Origin: Williopsis jadinii
Taxonomy: Eukaryota
Reading direction: 5' to 3'
Assembly (NCBI GenBank): GCA_024346625.1
Contig: AP024664.1
Span: forward strand, 1,364,001-1,428,000
Length of the DNA stretch: 64,000 nucleotides
Below are positions 11,107 to 21,525 of the stretch, piece after piece. A program made the translations under genes and the position numbers. The notes under the pieces are model-generated. The model had not been told where the DNA came from. It searched no databases and worked only from the letters and a program-made list of their open reading frames with translations. Position 1 is the first letter of the stretch, and each line of letters opens with the position of its first letter.

Positions 11107-14100
11107 ATGGACCACTCACACAGACCGTCCGTGGCGTCACGGAGGGAGTCTGTCGTGTCACAGACCGAGGTCAACAGCACAGAGATGTTTGGAGGCGCCG
11201 GTTCTGAAATCATCCCCTCGTCGATTTCGACATTCCACCATCATCACCACTTTGGAGGGAGACAGTCAGACAGCCGTCACAGCTCAGTACCGAGCTCCGC
11301 GGCGTCATCCATACGACGTGGCAGAATGGCCCACTCTCCAAGCGAGGTGGTGAACCTGACACGGTTACACTCGCGTACAAGTTCTCATGGCCGCTCAAGG
11401 TCTCAGTCAATCGACCAGTTCCGATTCTTCGACCCACAGGACATTGAGGCTGCCCAAGGTACATCCACAATGGATGAGAATGTGGACTATGATACCAACT
11501 GGGACGAAGATTACAGAAGGGACAGCTTCACAAGCGCAAGTGTCCATGATTATGGGTCTCTTGAAAGAACCACGACGACCTCGACCTATACCTTTAGAGA
11601 CCGATTCCCCAGTGATAGTACTAGAGCCTTGCTCGAGGAGGACGAAGAAAGTGGTAACGAGGAAATTAACCCCCAAACGTCAAACATAGCATCTAATACC
11701 CACGAGGTGGAGCCTGAGCTTCATGAGCAGTACTATCCATCGTTCCCTGCAAAGTTGCACTTTCAAAGATTTTACATTGCCGAGGAGGACTTGGTGTTGG
11801 GTATTGCAGGCTATAAAACCCATAGAGCTCGGCTCTACCTGTACTACTTATTGGTTACTGTCACTCTTGGTATGTTTTACCTCTTTATGAGATGGTTCCC
11901 ACGCTACAAATTTGCCCTGATTGGTGAAAAGACCCCTTTGGCTAAAGCTGAATGGGTGGTTATTGAGACTGAACACGGTGAATTAACAGTTACTGAAGTT
12001 CACAGACAGTGGTACAATAGACCTTTATCGACAATAATGAATGTGCCACATCTGCATGTCTCTTCCTCGGACGAATTGCACGTCAACCTGGATCCTGTGA
12101 TGCCAATTCTCATATCAATGGAATACAGGTATCTGAAGTTCTATTACACACCAGTGGAGGATATCTTTAAGACAAATACAAACTGGGTGGATCACCAATG
12201 GCTACACCACTCGAAGGATGGACTCTCCACAGATCAGTACGATGATAGATCTCTTGTGTTTAACCAAAACACCTTAGATATCAAGGAAAGACCAATATCA
12301 CAGCTTCTTGTGGAGGAAGTCTTACACCCATTCTATATCTTCCAGGTGTTTTCAATCATTCTGTGGGCGTTTGATGAGTACTACTACTATGCAACATGTA
12401 TATTCTTGATCTCTGTTGTATCAATTGGTAATACTCTTGTTGAAACTAGGGCAACAATGAGACGTTTGGCTGAGATCTCGAGATTCACCTGTAAAATTCG
12501 TGTTTGGAGAAATGGCTTCTGGAAAGAGATTGATTCCAATGATCTATTCCCCGGTGATGTGTATGAAATATCAGATCCTTCGCTGAACACTGTCCCATGT
12601 GACTCTGTGCTGTTATCAGGTGACGCTATTCTGAACGAGTCAATGCTAACCGGTGAATCAGTCCCAGTGTCAAAGTTACCTGCAACAGAAGAAACGTTGG
12701 GATGCTTGGTGGAGGCATCATCTCAGATCCCTGCCATCTTGGCTAAGTCGTACTTATTCAATGGAACTAAAATCATCAGGGTTCGCCATGCGGCTTCTGA
12801 TCCAGCACTTGCACTGGTTACACGTACTGGGTTTTCGACAACAAAGGGGTCTCTTTTACGCTCTATGTTATTCCCAAAGCCTGCTGGATTCAAGTTTTAT
12901 GAGGATTCTTTCAAGTACATCGGATTCATGTCATGCATTGCTGGCTTTGGCTTCATCTTCTCCACCATCAACTTCATAAAGTTGGGATTGGGAACACGTA
13001 TCATTGTTCTCAGAGCTCTTGATATCATTACCATTGTTGTTCCACCTGCATTGCCTGCGACACTAACCATAGGCACTAGTTTTGCTTTGGCAAGACTAAA
13101 GAAGAAGAATGTGTTTTGTATTGCACCTACCCGTGTTAATGTTGGGGGCAAGTTGGACATTTTATGCTTTGATAAAACTGGTACATTGACAGAAGATGGC
13201 TTGGACGTCTATGGTGTCCACTCCGCTGCAAATTTTGATCAACTGAGCACCAATATCAACGGTTTGGACGAACATATGGTTAGAGCTATGGTTGCTTGTC
13301 ATTCTCTCAGAGTTGTGGACAACGAACTAATAGGTGATCCATTAGATTACAAGATGTTTGAGTTCACCAATTGGAACTATGAGGAGGAATTCAAAGGCTT
13401 CAATCCTTCAAGCGAAGGATCAGGCGATGAGAATATTCTTCCTGAGAATGCAGGTATCACACCTGCTGTTGTCTACCCAAAGGATAAGAGCAAAATGTTT
13501 GGTATTCTTAAGAGCTTTGAGTTTGTATCAGAGCTGAGAAGAATGAGTGTTGTTCTCAAAAGTGGAAATGACCTTAATGTCTTTACAAAAGGTGCACCGG
13601 AGGTTATTAGAGACCTCTGTGATGCCAACTCATTCCCCCCAAATTATGACGCTTTACTTCACCATTATACACATAGTGGTTATAGAGTTATTGCATGTGC
13701 AGGGAAGAAGCTGAAGAAGAACACTTGGCTCTACTCTCAAAAGATATCCCGTTCCGAAGCTGAGTCCAATCTGAGATTCCTAGGATTCATAGTCTTCGAG
13801 AACAGATTAAAGCCATCAACTGCCGGCGTGTTGGCACAGTTGAAGCAAGCAAAGCTGAGAACCGTCATGTGTACAGGTGATAACCTTTTGACAGCTGTCA
13901 GTGTTGGACGCGAGTGTGGTTTGATTCAGGAGGATCTTATATTTGTCCCGCAGTTTATCGATGATGAACTTCAGTGGGTAGAGATCAATGATGAGAGCTT
14001 GAGATTGGATAGAAACACGTTAGAACTACACGGATCGTACAAGTCGTATGGCTTTGCTGTTTCTGGAGACGTATTCAGGTACTTGTTGAAGGATGAGACA

Positions 14101-15087
14101 CATGGCTTCTCTGAGCACTACATCGATACGATATTCTTGCACGCCAACATCTTTGCTCGTATGTCTCCTGATGAGAAGCATGAGCTTGTTGAGAGACTTC
14201 AAGATTTGGACTACACAGTGGGATTCTGTGGTGATGGTGCTAATGACTGCGGTGCTTTGAAGGCCGCAGACGTTGGTGTTTCTCTTTCTGAAGCTGAAGC
14301 CTCTGTTGCTGCTCCATTCACATCACGTACTTTTGAAATATCCTGTGTTCTTGAAGTTATCAGACAAGGACGTGCATCTTTGGTTACATCTTTTAGTTGT
14401 TTCCAGTACATGTCCTTATATTCTGCGATCCAGTTCGTCACAGTGTCTATTCTCTACAAGAGAGGGTCGAACTTGGGTGATTTCCAGTTCTTGTGGATTG
14501 ATCTGTTCTTGATCTTGCCATTAGCCATATTCATGTCGTGGTCAGATGCGTATGGTACAATTGTTGCAAAGAGACCATCTGCAAACCTTGTGTCTCCAAA
14601 GCTTTTGATTCCACTTGTTTCGAACATTGCTATCCTGCTTGTGTTCCAAGTGTTCATCTGGCAGTATGTACAGACAGAGCCGTGGTATATCAAGCCAGTT
14701 CCAGGTGGTGATGATGCTGTCCAGTCCTCAGATAACACTGTTCTGTTCTTATTCTCCAACTTCCAGTACATCCTGTGTGCACTGACATTGACCGTCGGCC
14801 CACCGTACCGTGAGCCTATTGTCAAGAATGTGCCATTCATTATCAACGTTATCGTCTGTGTCGTGCTCTCCATTGCCCTGATGAACGTTGACAGTGAAGG
14901 GTTCTGGGGCGAGCTTTTCCAACTCACTGCAATATCATTGGGATTCAAGTGGCTCATCGTGGTTGCTGCGGTGCTCAATTGGCTCGTTTGCCAATACAGT
15001 CCACCACGTTTCAGAGGGCTGATGCGTAAGAAGATCAGTTCCAAGAAGTACAAGAGATTACTCAGGGAGAAGAGAGGATCCGTTTAG
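11107..15087 (+). CDS. YPK9: P5B-type ATPase (Ypk9/ATP13A2 family)
   Basis: PPALP, DKTGTLT, LTGES, KGAPE, FCGDGANDCGALK; first ATG at 11107. Confidence 0.93.
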   Translation: MDHSHRPSVASRRESVVSQTEVNSTEMFGGAGSEIIPSSISTFHHHHHFGGRQSDSRHSSVPSSAASSIRRGRMAHSPSEVVNLTRLHSRTSSHGRSRSQSIDQFRFFDPQDIEAAQGTSTMDENVDYDTNWDEDYRRDSFTSASVHDYGSLERTTTTSTYTFRDRFPSDSTRALLEEDEESGNEEINPQTSNIASNTHEVEPELHEQYYPSFPAKLHFQRFYIAEEDLVLGIAGYKTHRARLYLYYLLVTVTLGMFYLFMRWFPRYKFALIGEKTPLAKAEWVVIETEHGELTVTEVHRQWYNRPLSTIMNVPHLHVSSSDELHVNLDPVMPILISMEYRYLKFYYTPVEDIFKTNTNWVDHQWLHHSKDGLSTDQYDDRSLVFNQNTLDIKERPISQLLVEEVLHPFYIFQVFSIILWAFDEYYYYATCIFLISVVSIGNTLVETRATMRRLAEISRFTCKIRVWRNGFWKEIDSNDLFPGDVYEISDPSLNTVPCDSVLLSGDAILNESMLTGESVPVSKLPATEETLGCLVEASSQIPAILAKSYLFNGTKIIRVRHAASDPALALVTRTGFSTTKGSLLRSMLFPKPAGFKFYEDSFKYIGFMSCIAGFGFIFSTINFIKLGLGTRIIVLRALDIITIVVPPALPATLTIGTSFALARLKKKNVFCIAPTRVNVGGKLDILCFDKTGTLTEDGLDVYGVHSAANFDQLSTNINGLDEHMVRAMVACHSLRVVDNELIGDPLDYKMFEFTNWNYEEEFKGFNPSSEGSGDENILPENAGITPAVVYPKDKSKMFGILKSFEFVSELRRMSVVLKSGNDLNVFTKGAPEVIRDLCDANSFPPNYDALLHHYTHSGYRVIACAGKKLKKNTWLYSQKISRSEAESNLRFLGFIVFENRLKPSTAGVLAQLKQAKLRTVMCTGDNLLTAVSVGRECGLIQEDLIFVPQFIDDELQWVEINDESLRLDRNTLELHGSYKSYGFAVSGDVFRYLLKDETHGFSEHYIDTIFLHANIFARMSPDEKHELVERLQDLDYTVGFCGDGANDCGALKAADVGVSLSEAEASVAAPFTSRTFEISCVLEVIRQGRASLVTSFSCFQYMSLYSAIQFVTVSILYKRGSNLGDFQFLWIDLFLILPLAIFMSWSDAYGTIVAKRPSANLVSPKLLIPLVSNIAILLVFQVFIWQYVQTEPWYIKPVPGGDDAVQSSDNTVLFLFSNFQYILCALTLTVGPPYREPIVKNVPFIINVIVCVVLSIALMNVDSEGFWGELFQLTAISLGFKWLIVVAAVLNWLVCQYSPPRFRGLMRKKISSKKYKRLLREKRGSV

Positions 15088-15170
15088 ACAAACAATCATA
15101 CATTTTACATACATGTTATAAAACTATTTGGAAATGATAGGTGTACTATATGGTTTCCACAGATATATCA

Positions 15171-16437
15171 TCAAGTAGAACGCTTGTACAGTTCCTCCTC
15201 GCTAGTGGCGTTGAATCTTCTCAGAGACGAGAGGAAGTCGTCTCTGTCAAAGTACGCACCACACATTCTTCTCTTCCCTGTTGTGGTGCCCATTCTAGCA
15301 TGGAACACCCTCCAGTTGTCAAAGATGAGGATCTCACCAGGAACAAGTTGTTGCCAGAACACGTTCTCAGGTCTGTTGATCACCGTGTTCCACTTACGCA
15401 AGGCAGAGTAGAGCTTCTTCAAAGTGTCATTGTCCAAGTGATAGTTTGTAGAACGGTCAGAGTTGTTCCAAGACACCTGTACCAATTCTCCGTTCTTGTC
15501 ATGGATGAGAACAGGCTTACGTTGCACGAGATGAACATCTCCCAGGGAGTGGCACTCAACCTCGACTTCGCTCAAGAGCTTGTACTCCTCAGGGAACTCC
15601 TCTTTGAAATCCCTTGCGCACTTGAACGAGTCAACAACAGTTGTTTCACCGCCAGTTCCATCATGGAACAACAGGTGGAACAGCTGGAGGTATGGCGTGT
15701 ACTCCCAGTACGTGCCGTCAGTGTGGCTCGGGATCTCAATGTCGGAGTACGCGGTGTCCTTCATGCTCAGGTCTGAGGTGAAGTCCCAGAATCCACCATA
15801 GTGTGTGTGTCTAATAGGAAGGAACTTGTTGCACATCTCCTCAGTGGCCTCTGCCGTCACTGGAACTCCGTGGATGAAGGAGAATCCATAGCTGTGGATG
15901 TTGTCCAGGAGCTGCTTGTGGTCCCCGCTGATCACGGACTCATATGGAACTGTTGGCTTGTTGCTGGCGATGGTGTCCCTGGTCCAGAGAACGCGCTCCG
16001 GGTACAGCTCCTCCTTCTTAGGCGATGGCGCAGTGTACTCCTTCGTGTGAAGCTGTAGCCACTCACTGGAGAAGGTGGAAACGTGACCATCGTTCCACAC
16101 GATCTTCAACGAGTTGGCCGTCGTGGCCACCTGATCTGGGTGTACGTCCTCGGCGATCTTGTAAGTGTCCACGAGGCGCTGGTAGGTGGCCTCGCTGAAG
16201 CAGCGTGGACACGTACAGTTGTCTCTGAGCCAGAAGTTCAAGCTGTTCACGATGTTAGCACAGGGCTCTGTAGCCCGACAAGGCTCCTCATAGAATGTCA
16301 GGAGACACCCAGGAGACACCCAGGAGACACTTCGGAGTTGAAATCAATACTCACTACTCGTGCGTCTTACCATCACCCGTGGTGATGGTCACAACATCAG
16401 AGCCCTTAGCAGCAGACGAGATAGTCAATGTGGACAT
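15171..16437 (-). CDS. Trimethyllysine dioxygenase (carnitine biosynthesis; Fe/2OG); exons 16437-16355 and 16242-15171
   Basis: Intron GTGAGT...TGCTAAC...CAG gives MSTLTISS...THEYLNFWLRDNCTCPRC. Also THYGGFWDFTSD, DTAY, HTD, DNWRVFHAR. Confidence 0.85.
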
Positions 16438-17058
16438 AGTTCAAAGCCAAAACAACCCGAATCACGATGCTCCACAACGTATCCCTTCAAGTCTCACAGT
16501 CCAGCAGGGAAAACAACAAGTTCAACAGGGTGAAACTCGAGAATCGCACGATCCCTCCCTCCCCCATCGCAAGCGATGTGTCCCTCCACCTTTCATCCCC
16601 AGAGCTTCGGAGCAATGCCGTCATCCACCGGCTGACGAGTGCGGCCGACGCGAGCCTGCCGGAAACAGCAGGTCAAAACCCGGGAGGGGGGGGGAACATC
16701 CCCCGGCGTCGTGCTCCTTCACCTTCCTCATCGGGAAAACCGAGGACACGACGCCCCGGAGCTCATCGTACCTCGGCTGAACCGACCAAGGCACACCATC
16801 CAGACACCACATGCGCATCCAGACACTAAAAAAAATGGCAGAGTCAGCCATCACCAGCTTTCGCTAAAGAGAAAAAATTATCCGCCTTCCGCGCAGTGGG
16901 GGGGGGGGGAGAGAGGCAGAGACAAAGAGCAAGCGATCGTCTTGTTCTCTCCCTTAATTCCATCTTTTGTGCGTTAACGGTAGGGAACATCGGCACTTTT
17001 CACAGGGGTTTACAGTGCTTACATCAACGAGAGGATATTTTATTCCTGTTTATCGACA

Positions 17059-17889
17059 ATGGTTATCAAGAGTCCATCACCACGTTCTACGGAGCTGGAG
17101 GCCGCAGGTTATGGTCGCTGTGGAGGGTTCCTAGGGGTTAACAGTGATGATAACGGCGATGCCGAGCATCCACCTCGTGCTTGCAGCACACCACAACCAG
17201 CACCGCTGGCACACAGACAGACGTCCAACTACATATCGGCACTGCGTAAGCACTCGTCGAAGGACCTGAGCGAGATCATCAGCAGGGTGAAGCGCCACTG
17301 GGAGACGGGGGGCTCTGCGGAGGCCAGCAGCGCGGTGGCCGATGCTAGTGCTAGCTCCACCAAGGACAGCGCTGGCGATGCAGATACCCGTCAGAATACC
17401 CGTCCAGACATGGCGGTTGCATCGAACAACGGTGTTGATCCACTGGATAAGACCGCCCATGGTGTGGCGGCGACACAGGAGACGTCGGAGACGTCGTACC
17501 AGCGGTCATCACCATCTTTTGTACAGGCAACTGTGCAGCCACATTACAGCCCAGAGGACACCAAGAGACTAATGCAGCGGAAGAGCATTGACCTGGATGC
17601 TGCTGCTTCAGAGGAACAGTTTGGCATCAAGTATGGCGGGCTGAGACGCTCATCGCTGGATGATGACGAGGATGACGAGGGATTGCAAAAGTTCAAGGCG
17701 TACCATGATGCGGCGATTGAAGAGTTGAGGAGACGGACCGTACAGGAGGAGGACGATAACAAGTCATGCTTCCATTCGAATCAGCTGAATGAAAAGATCC
17801 AGGATGCAGAATCAGCGGGATACTTCCCACAAACATTTGAATACAACGATTTTAAGAGAAGAATGAGCTACCACAACAGAAACGATTGA
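17059..17889 (+). CDS. Hypothetical hydrophilic, probably disordered protein
   Basis: 276-aa ATG ORF with basophilic kinase-like motifs RKHS, RKS and RRSS; no family recognised. Confidence 0.65.
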   Translation: MVIKSPSPRSTELEAAGYGRCGGFLGVNSDDNGDAEHPPRACSTPQPAPLAHRQTSNYISALRKHSSKDLSEIISRVKRHWETGGSAEASSAVADASASSTKDSAGDADTRQNTRPDMAVASNNGVDPLDKTAHGVAATQETSETSYQRSSPSFVQATVQPHYSPEDTKRLMQRKSIDLDAAASEEQFGIKYGGLRRSSLDDDEDDEGLQKFKAYHDAAIEELRRRTVQEEDDNKSCFHSNQLNEKIQDAESAGYFPQTFEYNDFKRRMSYHNRND

Positions 17890-18120
17890 GACGTGGGAAA
17901 AAAGGTGACAGAAACGCTGTTTCAGCTACGTATGAAGGAGGAAATATCTCGCTAATTCTGGATTCTCGACAAGTCTATGTAGAGATGACACAAGCCATGC
18001 CTTAGGATGATCGAAAAGATAATGATATGAAAAGAAGAAAAAACAGATGCAGTTCATCATAACTTCCCAGATGCGTAGTAACAACCGTGATAGTCTGCTA
18101 TTATAACAAGAGATAACAGG

Positions 18121-19383
18121 CTATGAGTGAACGTCTTGGTGTGCCTTGAGGATGTGAAGAAAATAGTTGAAGTAGAGTCCCTGTGATTTCGAATATTGTA
18201 ATTGTCCATCGGGCAATTGGCCCAATTGAATCCATTGGGAACAATGTGGACATTCAACGGATCTATTGATCCATTGCCTTTGAGATATTTCAAACACTGA
18301 TCCAGGTAGGGGTAGGAGACTTGGTGATAAACCAGGAGGTTGAAGTACACCATGGGAAAGCAGCAAGTGAGTTTTGAAATCCGCCTTGAGCACCCAATTT
18401 TGACCTCGACATAAGCGACACATCCTCTCAACTCTTCCAGTGAGACAGTGCCTTCTTTCATACCTCCAACAGGTGAGATTCGAGATGAATGAAGCACTTG
18501 TCCGCTCTTTGAATCCACAACATCTTGTTTCACAACCATTGGAGGACTTGGGACATTTCCTGTTATATTTGTACTCAACTTGCGAGGACCCTTTCAATAC
18601 TGGAGACCGTTTGACTCTATGGCCTTGGAAATACCTTGGTAACCAAGTCTTATCGTCTATATCTTCAATGTTCTCGATGAACTTGACATTATCATTGGTT
18701 TTGTATAGCACATTTACAGGAAGGCAATGTGTGGATTCTTGCTCTGGTATTTTGGGGTTCCGCTCTTTATAAGGTGGTTCCTCGTCTAGAATCAAATCAT
18801 CATCATCCTCATCATCAAGTGAGCCGTCATCAGAGGATTCATCTTCCTCATCATTATTCAAAGCACAGTGGTTTGACAAGAACTGCAATGGAAATACCCT
18901 TGATTTACCACTTAACACACCAATAGAGGTACTGTTCTCCTTACCATCGTCGTCTTCATCCTCGCTAGGAATCTCAGAGTCGTACTCAAACCCCATTGCA
19001 CTAAACGTTTCCACAAGAGACTGTTGCAAGGTCGGATCCACAACAGGCTTCATATACACAGTCTCCACGTTATATCCACTTTTCGAACTTCTAGCCACAT
19101 GGCTGTCACTGTAGCACTCGCGAGGTGAAGAAACAGTGGAACTGGACTCACTATGGACAGCACTGCTCAAAACTGAAGAGACAACCCCCAGAGTGACATC
19201 GTTGTCGTTGTCGTTATCAGAACCAACGGCCCAGGCAACATTACTAATTTCGCTCAACAGCCCTTCTCTCACGGGCTGATCTGACGTACTGGAAGCACCA
19301 GGGCCCGGAGACCACTGTCGTGAGCCATGGTGAGTGCCCACCACCGGAGAGCTGTACTGCTGACCCATCTCTGTCGACAACAT
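18121..19383 (-). CDS. Rua1 C-terminal/DUF4451-like zinc-binding protein
   Basis: Acidic N-terminal half; C-terminal CRLC...W...HLLLSHGV...CPHC..WI....NYFLH. First ATG at 19383. Confidence 0.7.
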   Translation of the reverse strand: MLSTEMGQQYSSPVVGTHHGSRQWSPGPGASSTSDQPVREGLLSEISNVAWAVGSDNDNDNDVTLGVVSSVLSSAVHSESSSTVSSPRECYSDSHVARSSKSGYNVETVYMKPVVDPTLQQSLVETFSAMGFEYDSEIPSEDEDDDGKENSTSIGVLSGKSRVFPLQFLSNHCALNNDEEDESSDDGSLDDEDDDDLILDEEPPYKERNPKIPEQESTHCLPVNVLYKTNDNVKFIENIEDIDDKTWLPRYFQGHRVKRSPVLKGSSQVEYKYNRKCPKSSNGCETRCCGFKERTSASFISNLTCWRYERRHCLTGRVERMCRLCRGQNWVLKADFKTHLLLSHGVLQPPGLSPSLLPLPGSVFEISQRQWINRSVECPHCSQWIQLGQLPDGQLQYSKSQGLYFNYFLHILKAHQDVHS

Positions 19384-20044
19384 ACACACTTTGCTATATA
19401 GAGCTGTTTATACACGCTGAAGCAATAGCCAAAACTGAGCCTAGTACTAAATAGTTGAAATATATAAGCGTCCTTCGTACGTTAGGTAATAGAGAGCTCA
19501 CGTTTCAAAAGCCGTAGATAGTTACACTCAGAGGAGCTCACGTACACTGTGGTATAGATTGTATGCTAATGGAGCCAATTAGCCAATTGCGTATAACGCA
19601 CTGTTTGTGTCAACGCGCAGTACGCATTTGCACGTTTTTGTGTCTCTTTAGTCATCCCGCGTTCTGGGCGCTTACCGGAAATGGGCGCTTACCGGAAATG
19701 GACGATTTTCAGAACAGGCTGGAGAACGGCATATAGGAGAAAACAGATCCAGCGCCTGTGGCCTAATGGGGAAGGTGCAACCCAGGAAACAGCTACACAG
19801 CATTTTGGTGATGGGAACGATGCTAGTACATTCTCTCGGTGGTGTAATGCCCATGTGTATTATACACCTATCAAATTAGCTGAAGTATAAAAGAGCGTGC
19901 ATTGATTTCACCGGTTATTATCATTGGCCCGACTCCATATTGGATCATCAGCGTCCAATTCAGGCCCAACTGGAGTATTATGTCTCATGTGCGTGTTATG
20001 TAAGGGAGTAGTTGTCTGATCTTGATCATGGCACCTGGCGACAT

Positions 20045-20224
20045 TCAGAGCTTGATGTCACAGTTGCAAGAGTCCACGGTGCATTTGCAGTTCTCTGGAA
20101 GACACTTACACGTGGCACTTCCGCACACATCACAGCCCTTAGAGGCAGCGGTCTTCACAACGGAGATCTGAGCTGGGGCAGCTGGCTTGGTTTCTTGAGC
20201 TTGTTTCTTTGAGCAACAGGACAT
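20045..20224 (-). CDS. Metallothionein-like small protein (59 aa, absent from the ORF track)
   Basis: MSCCSKKQAQETKPAAPAQISVVKTAASKGCDVCGSATCKCLPENCKCTVDSCNCDIKL: 10 Cys in CC/CxxC/CxC, no aromatic residues; TATATAAA about 140 nt upstream. Confidence 0.85.
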   Translation of the reverse strand: MSCCSKKQAQETKPAAPAQISVVKTAASKGCDVCGSATCKCLPENCKCTVDSCNCDIKL

Positions 20225-20460
20225 GGTTGTGTGGATTGGATATGGTAGTTTGTGCGATCTGGACAGTACCTAAGTGGTAGAACACTGGATGGTTATTATG
20301 GATGTAGCAAGAGTAATACACTGACTGGAGAGAAGAGATAAAACGTCCCAAGGGACCTTTTTATATACAAGTGAAAAAAAAAAACGACAAAACGACAAAA
20401 ACCGAAAAAGCGTTTACCCGATAAGCGGTGATTGGCAGGAAAGCGCTATCGTGATTAGGA

Positions 20461-20476
20461 TTTCCTAATTAGGAAA
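20461..20476. promoter_or_regulatory. Perfect Mcm1 (MADS-box) palindrome TTTCCTAATTAGGAAA
   Basis: 16-bp palindrome matching the Mcm1 consensus, in the divergent promoter between the metallothionein-like gene and the complex I gene. Confidence 0.75.
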
Positions 20477-21525
20477 GTCCTTCCACTCGAAAAAAGCGAT
20501 GAGAGATGGCAACGGTCAGAATCCCGAGGGTCTAATGTGAAGAGCATGGGGATTGTGTAGCACAAGTGTGAAGCTGTAGCGGAGGACTGCTCGGAGTCTG
20601 CTTTCGTGGTGGAAGCCCTCGAGCGTGTGACGTAGTTGATGGGCGTGGGCCGCGTTCTAGGGTTCTATTCCAGTGTTCTATTCCAGTGTTCTATGCCAGT
20701 GTTCTGTACGTGTGATCGATAGGCAGCGACGATGGTCCAGTGCTACGGAATGGCGTTGTATCCGTACGCCACTGTTGGCGAGAATGCCCGTGTTGGCGTG
20801 TAGCTAAGCACATACATCAGCTCACTAGTCTGGTTCGTTGTGCGTTGGGCTATTCCCCCACACAGAGAACGAATGGCGACATGCTTCAGCGTGTGGTGCA
20901 TCGATGCGATGCACTAGCCAATATGATTCTCTCAGCAACAATGGCTATACTATATAGGCAGGAATATATACCTAGAGCACCCGGAGCACGCACACCACTG
21001 CCTGGATCTTCGAACACGTCTGCTTCTCCACCAGGGTACCGTGTACTCAGTCGAACCCCCCCCCCCCAACGACGGCTCGTCCTGTGTTACCACCGCTGCC
21101 ATCGCCGTTACCTTGGGCGCGACCACTCCCTGCCCATGCCCCATCGCACCGCACAAAAGACATCGCCCACATAGCCAGCAGGTGCTCCCCACTGCTCTTC
21201 TCTCCATAACCACCACACTGTCACCCTGCGATCTGATCACATTGCCATCTGATCACCCTGCTATCTGATCACATTGCCATCTGATCACATGGCCATCTCA
21301 TCACACCGTCACCATCGCCATGGCACCAGAGCCCTTCCGCACACAGCCCAAAGCGGCAATTTTCCGCACACACTCAAAACCTCTTTCCCGCCAATGAGAT
21401 TTCAAGGGGCTCCCATGACAAAGAGCAGGGGGGAAAAAGCTTTCACAGACTCAAAGGAGAAAACCACAAATTATCAACAAACCACAAACATCAACAAACA
21501 TCAACAAACAACAAAGCAAGCAAGG

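Noticed and set aside
16299..16330. AGACACCC-containing repeat as telomeric or telomerase-template sequence
   Set aside because: An 11-bp minisatellite inside a short intron; the species' telomere repeat is unknown to me and there is no supporting context.
21274..21525. N-terminal extension of the complex I 51-kDa subunit
   Set aside because: Reads through promoter repeats and an A/C-rich leader; the presequence starts at 21526.
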